From contig JBFWVL010000002.1 of NCBI GenBank assembly GCA_050246755.1, positions 96,001-160,000 on the forward strand: DNA of 64,000 bases, read 5' to 3'. Shown here piece by piece: positions 19,746-28,198 of the stretch (position 1 is its first letter; the number at the start of each line of letters is the position of its first letter). Source of the DNA: Bacteriovoracia bacterium. GTDB taxonomy: Bacteria; Bdellovibrionota; UBA1018; CAIPTA01. The translations under genes and the position numbers were made by a program. The notes below the pieces were generated by a model. It worked only from the letters and a program-made list of their open reading frames with translations. It made no database searches and had not been told where the DNA came from.

Positions 19746-19806
19746 AGATTAAATTTATAGGAGATCGGCGGTAAAAACAAAAAAATAGGATACCGCGTAA
19801 GAACGC

Positions 19807-20172
19807 TCAGCTCGGCTCTTCCTCGAAAACTTCTTCGGCGGCCCCGGGCTGGTGGCTGCGTACCTGCTCGAGCAGGCTGATGAATCCTTGGGGAGGAAGC
19901 ATTCCGGCTTGTTCGAAGATCAGCTCTCCCCCCTTGAAGGCCATAATGGTGGGAATCGAGCGTACCTGAAATGCCTGCGCGAGCTCCACGGCTTGTTCCG
20001 TATTCACTTTGCCGAAGTAAATATCAGGGTTGTGAATCGCCAGTTCTTCGAAAACCGGCGCCAAGGTTTTGCAAGGCCCACACCACTCAGCCCAAAAATC
20101 CAGGACCACCATCGGGTTTCCTTCGATCACGGCGTCGAAATTTTCCATCGTCACGGGATGCGTGCTGCTCAC
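19807..20172 (-). CDS. trxA: Thioredoxin
   Basis: [11 protein letters not shown] and RSIPT. Confidence 0.92.
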   Translation of the reverse strand: MSSTHPVTMENFDAVIEGNPMVVLDFWAEWCGPCKTLAPVFEELAIHNPDIYFGKVNTEQAVELAQAFQVRSIPTIMAFKGGELIFEQAGMLPPQGFISLLEQVRSHQPGAAEEVFEEEPS

Positions 20173-20175
20173 GAG

Positions 20176-21210
20176 TTACTCCTTTTCGCCTCGCGGCTCC
20201 GCCAGAGCCCGTTGCTCGAGCGCGTCGGCCGAAGCCACCGGCTCCAGCGATTTGTTCTTGGTGCTGGCGTAATAAATTTTTCCCGGAGCGAAACGAGCCT
20301 CCTCTTTCGCCACTCCGTTCAGGAGCTCGGCCGCAAAGCGCCCGCAGCTGTCGGGGATCGCGTGCCAGGAAGGGCTGAAGTAAACGAGGCTCGCGCGTGA
20401 TTTGCCAAAAGCTTTCCAAGCCAGAAATTGGTCTTTGAGGGCGGGGGCTTCTTCTTCAGAAGCTAAAAATAGATGCACGCGGCCTTCCAGGCCCGGAAAG
20501 GTATAGGCACGAAGATCGAAGTCCCGGGTCGCCCTTACTTGGTGAAAAACCGATTCCTTATAATCTTCGGATACGTCTTTCATCTCGTCTGGAATTTTTT
20601 CCGGCACTAGGCGCTTGCCCATATAGGAGCGGTAGATCCAGTTATAGTAATAATCATACACGTAAGGACCGAAAAGCGGCCCCCAGCTGAGGCGCAGGGC
20701 TTGTAGGTTCCAGTGAATCCAGGCGCCGCCGGCATCGTAGCGATCGAGCGGGATCACGAGGGGGGCCAGGAAAACCAGCTGCTCCACTTTTTTCGGGTAC
20801 AGGCGCGCGAATTCGGCGGCGATGGAGGAACCATAGGATAAGCCCACCACGATGCCTTTCTCGATTTTTAGCGCGTCCATGAGCTGAGAGAGCTCAAGGG
20901 CGAATGTTTCTCCGCTGAGGCCGCTAGTGAAAAAAGCCGGACGTCCGTTCTTCAGTTCTTGGCGAAGGGTGGCGAGCTGGCCGCGAAAGTAATAACGAAG
21001 CACGCCGTACCCGGATTTTTGCAGAGGCCGGGAGAGTTTTTCCCAGCGATCGAGCTGGTATACGAGTCCGTTCACCAGCACGAAAGTAGGTTTTCCCGCC
21101 TCGGCCTTTTGGTAATCGAAATAGAGCTCGTGGCCGGCCGGAATTTTTATGAATCCGGATTCAGCGTGGGCACCCAGAGAAAGGAAGAGCGAAAGTAGAA
21201 TAGTCAGCAT
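20176..21210 (-). CDS. Secreted alpha/beta hydrolase
   Basis: Signal peptide, VNGL oxyanion region, GLSYG nucleophile elbow, C-terminal His (SWHAIP). Confidence 0.8.
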   Translation of the reverse strand: MLTILLSLFLSLGAHAESGFIKIPAGHELYFDYQKAEAGKPTFVLVNGLVYQLDRWEKLSRPLQKSGYGVLRYYFRGQLATLRQELKNGRPAFFTSGLSGETFALELSQLMDALKIEKGIVVGLSYGSSIAAEFARLYPKKVEQLVFLAPLVIPLDRYDAGGAWIHWNLQALRLSWGPLFGPYVYDYYYNWIYRSYMGKRLVPEKIPDEMKDVSEDYKESVFHQVRATRDFDLRAYTFPGLEGRVHLFLASEEEAPALKDQFLAWKAFGKSRASLVYFSPSWHAIPDSCGRFAAELLNGVAKEEARFAPGKIYYASTKNKSLEPVASADALEQRALAEPRGEKE

Positions 21211-21255
21211 GCGCAAAGGTAGACCATAAATTTCCGTCCCTAGGCAAGGAGGAAA

Positions 21256-22011
21256 CTACTGATTGAACTGGAGCAGCGCCCGCTCGCCAGCCACTTTTCC
21301 CTTAAGAGAGCCAAGCCGCGCCGTTTTCGTGCGGAGGAAGCGTTCCACCAGGGCGGAACCTTCGAGAAAAGGGTATTCGCGCAGCGTTTTCGCCATCTTT
21401 CCGGCCGCCATCGCCATTCCAAAACCTACCGACTGGTACGTAACGGAGCGTTTTTCATCCACGGGCGCGCTGAGGCGCATCGCGGGAACGGCCAGGCGTA
21501 CTAGACTTCCCACGGGGGAGTATTCTCCCACATCAGTAAGATTCGCATTCAGGGAGGTCACAAATAAAATATTTTTTGCGCGGCAGGGGCCATTCATATC
21601 CCGCGGGTCATTGGGGTTAAGCATGGCGGCGGAAAACAGATAGGCGGTATGGGGGTTCGAGGCGGCCCGCTCGCAGGCGGCCGCGGGGCTTCCACCGCCC
21701 ACCGTAGCCAGCACGATCGCCGAATTTTTGGCAACGTCGAGAGAAACGGCAAAGTCCACCTTCGTAGCGTTGCCGCGTTCGTTCAAGATCTGGATCGCCT
21801 GCGCCGTTTCGGTACCGTTTCGTTCCGCGAAATAAAAGAGCCCGGTGGTGTAGTCGGTTTCATTCGCTCCCGGCACCATACCCACGAATTTCTTCAGGAT
21901 TTTCGCCACGAAGGGGAGGTTTGCGTTCGGCGTGCCCGCAATGGTAGCCAGCTCGTAGGTGGCGGCTTGGGCGGAGTTCGCAAGAAAAAGAGCAAATAGG
22001 AAAAACTTCAT
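21256..22011 (-). CDS. Secreted degenerate subtilase (S8)-like protein, probably catalytically inactive
   Basis: C-terminal half follows the subtilisin pattern (FSAA..N, NILFVTSL, EYS.VG..V.LAVP, SLKGKV) but has no GTSMA. Confidence 0.5.
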   Translation of the reverse strand: MKFFLFALFLANSAQAATYELATIAGTPNANLPFVAKILKKFVGMVPGANETDYTTGLFYFAERNGTETAQAIQILNERGNATKVDFAVSLDVAKNSAIVLATVGGGSPAAACERAASNPHTAYLFSAAMLNPNDPRDMNGPCRAKNILFVTSLNANLTDVGEYSPVGSLVRLAVPAMRLSAPVDEKRSVTYQSVGFGMAMAAGKMAKTLREYPFLEGSALVERFLRTKTARLGSLKGKVAGERALLQFNQ

Positions 22012-22202
22012 TTGGGCATCCTCGGTTGGAATGAGCTCGCTTCAGAGTGTCCGTAAGTGAGGATAAACACTAGAGGCGTAAGGATTTGTTGGAAATTTCT
22101 TGGACTCCGCCGCCCGGCATTGTACTCCACCTGACGCGGCAAATTGTCGAGGCGCCAAAGAGGGGCGAGCTGCCTATACTATAGGTAGGTGGTGAGGTTT
22201 TT

Positions 22203-22550
22203 ATGCAAAGCGTATTAGTAGTTGAAGACGATATGGACATTCGTTCCGCCCTCCAGGGATTCCTGACGGACGAAGGTTATAACGTGATCACGGCGGAAAA
22301 TGGCAAGGCCGGCCTTCAACTCATGGAAAAAGAGAAGCCGGGCCTCGTGCTCTTGGATCTAATGATGCCGGTGATGAACGGCTGGGAGTTTCTGGAGGAG
22401 AAAAGCCATAGCGAAGCCAACGCGAAAGTGCCCGTTTTGGTGATCTCGGCCGTGCCCGGAAATCCTAGTATCCCAGGTGCGTTGGGCTTCCTAAAAAAGC
22501 CCATCGATCTTGACCGCCTCATTGATTTCGTAGAACTCTACTGTCAGTAG
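22203..22550 (+). CDS. Single-domain response regulator (CheY-like)
   Basis: VVEDD, LLDLMMPVMNG, ISA, KKP. Confidence 0.92.
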   Translation: MQSVLVVEDDMDIRSALQGFLTDEGYNVITAENGKAGLQLMEKEKPGLVLLDLMMPVMNGWEFLEEKSHSEANAKVPVLVISAVPGNPSIPGALGFLKKPIDLDRLIDFVELYCQ

Positions 22551-22607
22551 GCTAAATTCCTTATAAAAATCAAATAAATGCCCTATGTTCAATATTTTGT
22601 TATAAAG

Positions 22608-22636
22608 TTGACAATATAAGTCGGGATAGCTATTAT
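22608..22636 (+). promoter_or_regulatory. sigma70-type promoter
   Basis: TTGACA-17 nt-TATTAT, 24 nt upstream of ATG 22661. Confidence 0.7.
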
Positions 22637-22660
22637 CCGAAAAATTCGGAGCTTTTCCCC

Positions 22661-23431
22661 ATGTCACGATTTCGAATCGGCAAAATATTTCTCCTGATCG
22701 GCTCGAGCTTCGCTCTCGTGGCCGGAATTACCGTACAGGCAGCCGAGACCCTCGACTGTGACCTCCAGCGCCTCGCCGGAGAGTCCTTAAAAATCTCGAG
22801 TCCCATCAGTGATCGCCAAGCCCTCGTGCAAGACGCCAAGAATGCACTCCAAGTTCGCGTCGACGCTTCGCTCGCCCCGAGTAGTTTTATTTTCGTGGCC
22901 CAAGACGACGCCAAGCAACAGCGTATTTCTTTTACCGGCGCGCCTACTTCTCTTAGCTGGGACGGAGCAAAGATGTTGCTGAGTAGCGGCACCGAGTTCA
23001 GCTGCCGTACGAAATCCACTGAGTCCGCTAAGGCCCTTCCAGTGGTGAAGAAAAATCCCGCTCCTTATCTAGTCTGTTTGCTCGATGAAGCTACCTTCGA
23101 AGAAGGAAAAATAACGAAAACCGAGCGCTTGCTGGAAACGGTGAGCTCATCCTTCACCTTTCGCAGGCCTCTTAAAATCAGCGCCGAAAACGAAAAGGTG
23201 GCCTTCACCTTGAGTGCGTACGAATTCGATCCCATCGATGGCCTCGACCTTAAGATAATGGACAAAGCAAACGGGGAAACCGCCCGTTTCATAGGCCCAC
23301 CGCGCAGCCTTACCACCTCGATCATGTTCGGGTTCACGCAAGGAGACCGTGAAAAAGGGGACGCAAAGTTCCTGCGACTCGGCTGCGTATATACGGCCGA
23401 CCCTAAATTATTCCTCGAAAAGACCAAGTGA
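22661..23431 (+). CDS. Secreted hypothetical protein
   Basis: Signal peptide, 256-aa ORF with 4 Cys; overlaps the arfB start (GTGA). Confidence 0.7.
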   Translation: MSRFRIGKIFLLIGSSFALVAGITVQAAETLDCDLQRLAGESLKISSPISDRQALVQDAKNALQVRVDASLAPSSFIFVAQDDAKQQRISFTGAPTSLSWDGAKMLLSSGTEFSCRTKSTESAKALPVVKKNPAPYLVCLLDEATFEEGKITKTERLLETVSSSFTFRRPLKISAENEKVAFTLSAYEFDPIDGLDLKIMDKANGETARFIGPPRSLTTSIMFGFTQGDREKGDAKFLRLGCVYTADPKLFLEKTK

Positions 23432-23850
23432 TTTTCGTTACTCCCGAAATTCAGATCCTAGACTCTGAGCTGGACTTTTCCTTTACGCGTTCCTCGGGGC
23501 CTGGCGGGCAAAACGTAAACAAGGTAAACAGCAAAGCCGTTTTGCGCTGGAGTTTCACTTCTTCCGCGATTCCCTATGGCGTGAAACTCCGTTTCCAGGC
23601 CGCCCACGGAAATCGCTTAACGAAGGAAGGGGATTTTCTCGTAACCAGCGACCGTTTCCGTGATCAAGGGCGGAATTTGGCGGATTGCCAGGAAAAATTG
23701 AGGGAACTCCTGCTGGCGGTGGCGCTGCCGCCCAAGCCCCGAAAAAAAACAAAGCCGACGCGCTCGAGTCAAGAGCGTCGGCATACGACGAAACGAAAAC
23801 AGGGCGAGAAAAAGCGTAATCGCAGCTCTCGTGGATCCTGGGGCGATTAA
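23428..23850 (+). CDS. arfB: Alternative ribosome rescue peptidyl-tRNA hydrolase ArfB
   Basis: RSSGPGGQNVNKV (GGQ) and basic tail PKPRKKTKPTRSS..RR...K. Confidence 0.93.
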   Translation: MIFVTPEIQILDSELDFSFTRSSGPGGQNVNKVNSKAVLRWSFTSSAIPYGVKLRFQAAHGNRLTKEGDFLVTSDRFRDQGRNLADCQEKLRELLLAVALPPKPRKKTKPTRSSQERRHTTKRKQGEKKRNRSSRGSWGD

Positions 23851-24101
23851 TCTTCGCCTTTTACTTTTAGGGCTCCGGAGTTTTCTTCGATGAAGCCTTT
23901 GATCTCCTCGGAAAATCCGAGAAGCTTTAGCCACTGCTCTTTGTAAAGGGTCACGGGAAAACGTCCCATACCATAGAGAGAAACCGCGCCTTTTTGGCTT
24001 ACTTTCAGCGAGAGTGCTCCGCCGCGCTTTTTGCTTGCCTTTAATTCTTCATTTTCGCGCTTGAGGCGTTCGAGTTCGGCCTTGAGATCAGCATCAGACA
24101 T
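23847..24101 (-). CDS. Small hypothetical protein (coiled coil plus compact beta/alpha domain)
   Basis: AGGAG RBS; LKVSQKGAVSLYGMGRFPVTLYKEQW segment. Confidence 0.75.
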   Translation of the reverse strand: MSDADLKAELERLKRENEELKASKKRGGALSLKVSQKGAVSLYGMGRFPVTLYKEQWLKLLGFSEEIKGFIEENSGALKVKGED

Positions 24102-24170
24102 TATATTAGCTCCTATGAAAAGGTGATTTGAGAGGAGCCTAGCGCAGATTCTTTTCTTACGCGAGTGCCT

Positions 24171-24473
24171 TTACTTTCGGGCGCTTTTCAACGCTTTTTT
24201 GCAGTCAGTCTTACTCATCGATTTCGCGCACTCCGCCATCGCGTTCGTGGCGCAGAGCTGCTTATCGTTATTATTGGCCGCGAGGCAGCTCTTCATCACT
24301 TTCGAGACGTTGAACTTATTTTCCTGCTTTTCGAGCTTCACGTCGGTGTGATTATTTTGGATAATCGTGTCCGTTTTCGCGGCGGGATCTTTGGCCGACG
24401 GCAGATCGTCGGCGAATACGGCGGAGGAAATACCGAGAAAAAAACTGGCGGCGAGAATTTGGGATCGTTTCAT
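24171..24473 (-). CDS. Small secreted protein with four Cys
   Basis: AGGAG RBS, signal peptide MKRSQILAASFFLGISSAVFA. Confidence 0.65.
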   Translation of the reverse strand: MKRSQILAASFFLGISSAVFADDLPSAKDPAAKTDTIIQNNHTDVKLEKQENKFNVSKVMKSCLAANNNDKQLCATNAMAECAKSMSKTDCKKALKSARK

Positions 24474-24504
24474 GAGGCTCCTAATTTTGTCTGCGTTGGC
24501 AGGC

Positions 24505-24541
24505 AAAAAAATGCCCGGCTTTGCATTAGGCTCAGCCGGGC
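24505..24541 (-). terminator. Rho-independent terminator
   Basis: Minus strand GCCCGGCT...AGCCGGGC followed by ATTTTTTT, just after the stop at 24550. Confidence 0.7.
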
Positions 24542-24549
24542 CGATTATT

Positions 24550-24936
24550 TTAGAACTCGTCTTCGCTCGTATCGGAAGCGGAAGTCCGGTTCCAGCCGTC
24601 CGGGCGGGCGCTGGGGCCTTCGTCGTTATCCATTACCACATGACTTTGCGGGGTGGCCGTACCATGGAGGTACGCAATGGCACTATTGCCCGGCGCATTG
24701 GCCATGCTGCCGAGAATCATGCCCGAAGGCGTGTGGTCCCGGAGCCAAATGCGGCGCTGTTCGGCGGCGGAGCGCTGAGGCCGAGCCTTCGCTTTGGTCA
24801 CCTTAGTGGTGGGAGTATAGTACACGTTCTCTCCCGTGGTGCTGTTGGAGGGTACGCAGGCCGCATCGTCTTTGTGGGCGAGCGCTGGTAACGAGAGTGC
24901 GGAACAGAGAGTCATAACGAAAATAGCCTTGTTCAT
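24550..24936 (-). CDS. Small secreted hypothetical protein
   Basis: AAAGGAGA RBS, signal peptide MNKAIFVMTLCSALSLPALA. Confidence 0.65.
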   Translation of the reverse strand: MNKAIFVMTLCSALSLPALAHKDDAACVPSNSTTGENVYYTPTTKVTKAKARPQRSAAEQRRIWLRDHTPSGMILGSMANAPGNSAIAYLHGTATPQSHVVMDNDEGPSARPDGWNRTSASDTSEDEF

Positions 24937-24973
24937 ATTTTCTCCTTTCACGAGAAAGTTTCACGAAGGAAAG

Positions 24974-24989
24974 TGCAAGGCGAGGGCCA
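24974..24989 (-). promoter_or_regulatory. Putative sigma54 promoter
   Basis: Minus strand TGGC-CCTCGCC-TTGCA, about 40 nt upstream of ATG 24936. Confidence 0.55.
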
Positions 24990-25036
24990 GTTATGCCAAC
25001 TGTGGCAAAGTGGCGGCGGTTGGCTTTATTTTTTTC

Positions 25037-26527
25037 TTATTTCGCGTTCTTGTATAGCGCGAGCGCATGCACTTTTCGGCGCGCATGTTCCACCATTGGC
25101 TTGGGGTAGGCGCTTCCCCGGTTCCCTTCGGGATCGTGAATGTCCTTTAGGGAAATGGCTTTTAATTCCGGAAGGTATTTCCGAATATATTCGGCTTTGG
25201 GATCGAACTTCGCGCCTTGGAGCCAAGGGTTGAAAACCCTAAAATAAGGCTGAGGATCGCAACCGGTAGACGCGGCCCACTGCCAGCCGCCGTTATTGGG
25301 AGCTAGGTCGCCATCGAGCAGTTCCCGCATAAAGAATTTTTCGCCTTCTTGCCAGCTGATCAGCAGATCCTTGGTGAGAAAGGACGCCACGATCATGCGC
25401 ACGCGATTATGCATCCAGCCGGTCTGGCGCAGCTGCCGCATGCCTGCATCCACGATGGGAAAACCAGTTTCTCCTTTTTGCCAGCGCTCCAGCCAGGCAG
25501 GGTTGGTCTGCCACTCGAGGTGTTTATACTTGGCGAGGAAGGCTTCCTTTTCCACGCGCGGGCAGTGGTAAAGGATGTGGTAGTAAAATTCCCGCCACAC
25601 CAGTTCCTGCAGGAATTTCGTACGGCTATTTTTTTCGCTGAGTGCGCAGTCTTGCAGCCCGAAAAAAGCCACCGCCTGCGCGGGGGTGAGGGAACCATTT
25701 TTAAAATAGATGGAAAATCGGGAAGTGCCGCCGAGGGAAGGTAGGTCGCGGTGTTCGTCGTAGCGAGCGAGGTGTTTCTTGAAGGCCTGCAGGCTTTCCC
25801 AAACCGCCTTTGAGCCCGCAGGGGGAAGGGAAATGGTGACCATTTTTTTATTCTTCACGAGAAAAGCTTCCAGCTGATCCGGATAAGGAAAATTTTTGCC
25901 GCCGAGATCTTTCCACTTTAACTGGAATAATCTTTTTTCGAATTCGCCCGCGGCCGCCTTTTTTAGGTAATTCAGTCCCACGATCTTTTGATCGAAGCGA
26001 TCGCGGAATTCTCCCCCGGCTTTTAGCTGGAACCACCTTTTCGAAAATGGCGTATACACTTGGTAAAAAGAGTCAGGACCGTCTTTTTCAAGCTCGCAAG
26101 GCTCGATCATTAAGTGATCGCGTTCGGTATGAAGGGGCAAATCCAATTTCCCCAGAAGCTTTTGCACGAGACTATCGCGCTTTCTAGCAAATGGTTCGTA
26201 GTCCCGGTTATGGCAGAGCTCGGCGATATTTTTTTCTTTCGCCTCGCGCCGGATCCAGTCCACGATTTTTTCCAGGCATTCCACTGGCAGGGCATCCACC
26301 ACGAGTAAATCTCCGCCCTGAGCCCGCATTTCTTCACGTAAGGAGGAGAGCGTATTAAGGAAGAAGCCGAAGCGATTCGCCGAAAAATCCTGGCGCCCCA
26401 AAAAGGAAGCATCAAAGGAAAATAGGCCCAATACCCGGCCTTCGTATTTTTTCAGGGCATACTGAAGAGCGGGGTTTCCGGCAATGCGCAGGTCGCGGCG
26501 GAACCAATGGATGGCGAAAGGTTTCAT
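25037..26527 (-). CDS. phrB: Deoxyribodipyrimidine photolyase (class I CPD photolyase/cryptochrome family)
   Basis: WFRRDLR, ELVWREFY, GETGFPIVDAGMRQL..TGWMHNRVRM, N.GGWQW.AS.G.D. Confidence 0.93.
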   Translation of the reverse strand: MKPFAIHWFRRDLRIAGNPALQYALKKYEGRVLGLFSFDASFLGRQDFSANRFGFFLNTLSSLREEMRAQGGDLLVVDALPVECLEKIVDWIRREAKEKNIAELCHNRDYEPFARKRDSLVQKLLGKLDLPLHTERDHLMIEPCELEKDGPDSFYQVYTPFSKRWFQLKAGGEFRDRFDQKIVGLNYLKKAAAGEFEKRLFQLKWKDLGGKNFPYPDQLEAFLVKNKKMVTISLPPAGSKAVWESLQAFKKHLARYDEHRDLPSLGGTSRFSIYFKNGSLTPAQAVAFFGLQDCALSEKNSRTKFLQELVWREFYYHILYHCPRVEKEAFLAKYKHLEWQTNPAWLERWQKGETGFPIVDAGMRQLRQTGWMHNRVRMIVASFLTKDLLISWQEGEKFFMRELLDGDLAPNNGGWQWAASTGCDPQPYFRVFNPWLQGAKFDPKAEYIRKYLPELKAISLKDIHDPEGNRGSAYPKPMVEHARRKVHALALYKNAK

Positions 26528-27366
26528 TAGTACGCTTCAGCTCTGGCCAGAATCCAAGAATAGAAAATCACCGAATCCGGCGCTTTCTTCAGCCGTTCAG
26601 ATTCCGCCGACATCTCCTTCACGAGATCGGGCGTAATCCGGCCCGCCGCGATCAAGCCCGGGGCGCCGCTAAGCAAAAGATTGGTCCAGTAGTCGATGAA
26701 GGCCGCACGTTTCTTGGGCATGCGGTTATCGAATTGATAGGTGAGCACCTTGGTGGTCACGTTCTGAAAGCCCGCTTTCATGAGATAGTTTGCGAGCTTC
26801 CCGCCCACGAACGGATCTCCTTTGAGCGACCACTGGTGGTCATTGAACTCGAACCAATACTTCAGCGTCGCGGGTGAATAGGGGTGAACGTAAAAGGTGG
26901 CGTTGAATACCTCGTTGCAATAAATCACGCCGCCCGGCCTCAGTACCCGGCGCGCCTCTTCGAGGATTCCCACCGGATTCTGCACGTGTTCGAGCAGCCA
27001 GCAGATAAAAGCGCCATCGAAAGTGCTGTCGGCGTAGGGGAGCTGGAAGGCATCGGCTTGGTCGATTTTCACGCGGCCGTTCGAGACGAATTCCTTCAGG
27101 GCTTCACGGGCCCTTGCCACCTGCTCTTTGGAGGCGTCTACGCACTGGACCTTCGCTTGGGGGTTTCGCTCGAGCAAAATCTGGGTTTGGGCGCCTACGC
27201 CGCTGCCGATTTCCAAAAGGTTTTCCCGCCCGGAAAAGTCGATCTGGGAAAATATTTTCTCTTCGTGCACCCGGGCCTGTTTGAATAAGCGATCTTGCTC
27301 TTCCTTCGTGAAGCCGTGGATATAGCCGTCTGCCATTCCCGTTTTGGGGCCGGATTTTTTCGTCAT
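26527..27366 (-). CDS. Class I SAM-dependent methyltransferase
   Basis: LEIGSGVG, DAFQLPY.D.TFD, LRPGG. Confidence 0.88.
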   Translation of the reverse strand: MTKKSGPKTGMADGYIHGFTKEEQDRLFKQARVHEEKIFSQIDFSGRENLLEIGSGVGAQTQILLERNPQAKVQCVDASKEQVARAREALKEFVSNGRVKIDQADAFQLPYADSTFDGAFICWLLEHVQNPVGILEEARRVLRPGGVIYCNEVFNATFYVHPYSPATLKYWFEFNDHQWSLKGDPFVGGKLANYLMKAGFQNVTTKVLTYQFDNRMPKKRAAFIDYWTNLLLSGAPGLIAAGRITPDLVKEMSAESERLKKAPDSVIFYSWILARAEAY

Positions 27367-27431
27367 CCTACCCTTTTACCCCGACACTCGTCTTACCGGA
27401 AGCATTCGGGGAATAATGCCTCGGAAATTTC

Positions 27432-27447
27432 TGGCGCGGCCCCTGCA
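27432..27447 (+). promoter_or_regulatory. Possible sigma54 promoter
   Basis: TGGC-GCGGCCC-CTGCA (GG-N10-GC) upstream of ATG 27505. Confidence 0.4.
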
Positions 27448-27504
27448 GTAGGCTCCCTTACGAACGATGAAGTTCGGGCTTTTTCAAACTTTAAAAGGAG
27501 AGTT

Positions 27505-27768
27505 ATGCAAATTCTAGCAACGATTCTAATCGGATTCGTGGTGGGCCTCGTGGCTCGTTTCGTAAAACCGGGCCGCGATAGCATGGGCATCGTATTTACG
27601 ACCGTATTGGGAATTGTGGGAGCCGTGGTGGCTACCTACTTGGGCCAGGCGTTGGGAATCTACTACGTGGGCGAGCCCGCCGGATTTTTGGGCGCCGTGG
27701 TAGGAGCCGTGTTAGTGCTGGCCGTGGTGCAGGCTATTTTCGGCCGCCGCCGCGCGCGGTTTCTCTAA
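27505..27768 (+). CDS. GlsB/YeaQ/YmgE family stress-response membrane protein
   Basis: AAAAGGAG RBS; IGFVVGLVARFVKPGR..MG...T.VLGIVGA. Confidence 0.88.
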   Translation: MQILATILIGFVVGLVARFVKPGRDSMGIVFTTVLGIVGAVVATYLGQALGIYYVGEPAGFLGAVVGAVLVLAVVQAIFGRRRARFL

Positions 27769-27857
27769 TGATTAATACGTACCTTTTCGCAGTCATGGCG
27801 GTGGCCACCATATTGGTGGGGGGGTATCTTTGGATACGACCCAAAAAAAAGCTCTAG
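27768..27857 (+). CDS. Putative 29-aa single-pass membrane peptide (MINTYLFAVMAVATILVGGYLWIRPKKKL)
   Basis: TAATG overlap with the upstream stop; hydrophobic helix plus basic tail; ends just before a terminator. Confidence 0.5.
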   Translation: MINTYLFAVMAVATILVGGYLWIRPKKKL

Positions 27858-27863
27858 CGTATG

Positions 27864-27905
27864 GCCTGACCCGGGGAACCGCGCCTTCCTGGGTTGGGCT
27901 TTTCT
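27864..27905 (+). terminator. Rho-independent terminator
   Basis: GCCTGACCCGGGGA/TTCCTGGGTTGGGC stem with G-U pairs, followed by TTTTCTC. Confidence 0.6.
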
Positions 27906-27913
27906 CATCCTAG

Positions 27914-28058
27914 CTGGTCTACTTGATTGTTGTTTTTGCGACGATTCGCGCGTGAATTCGCGAACCTGCCTCCAGCTGGCATAAATTAGAAACCATTTAA
28001 AAAATTGCCGAGCGACCAGGCGTGGTTAGCGACTTCCATCAACAATTAAGTAGACCAG
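27914..28058 (+). ncRNA. Candidate structured RNA or inverted-repeat-bounded element (rod with internal bubble)
   Basis: 19-nt arms CTGGTCTACTTGATTGTTG / CAACAATTAAGTAGACCAG (one G-U), plus an inner imperfect stem 27958-27981 / 28006-28032. Confidence 0.3.
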
Positions 28059-28198
28059 GTCTTATTTTTCAGCCTTTCCAGCCACTTGAGCTATCGCTTG
28101 CAAGTGCTCGATATTAAAACAAAATAGATCACTCAAGATTCTGCCCGATAATGACGATGAGTAGAGCGAGCTAAGAGCTTTAAACGAGGCGGTTTCTC

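Noticed and set aside
23340-23380. GGGACGCAAAG resembling a c-di-GMP-I riboswitch core
   Set aside because: Lies inside a CDS (encodes GDAK) and lacks the upstream GGCAAACC/GAAA P2 stem
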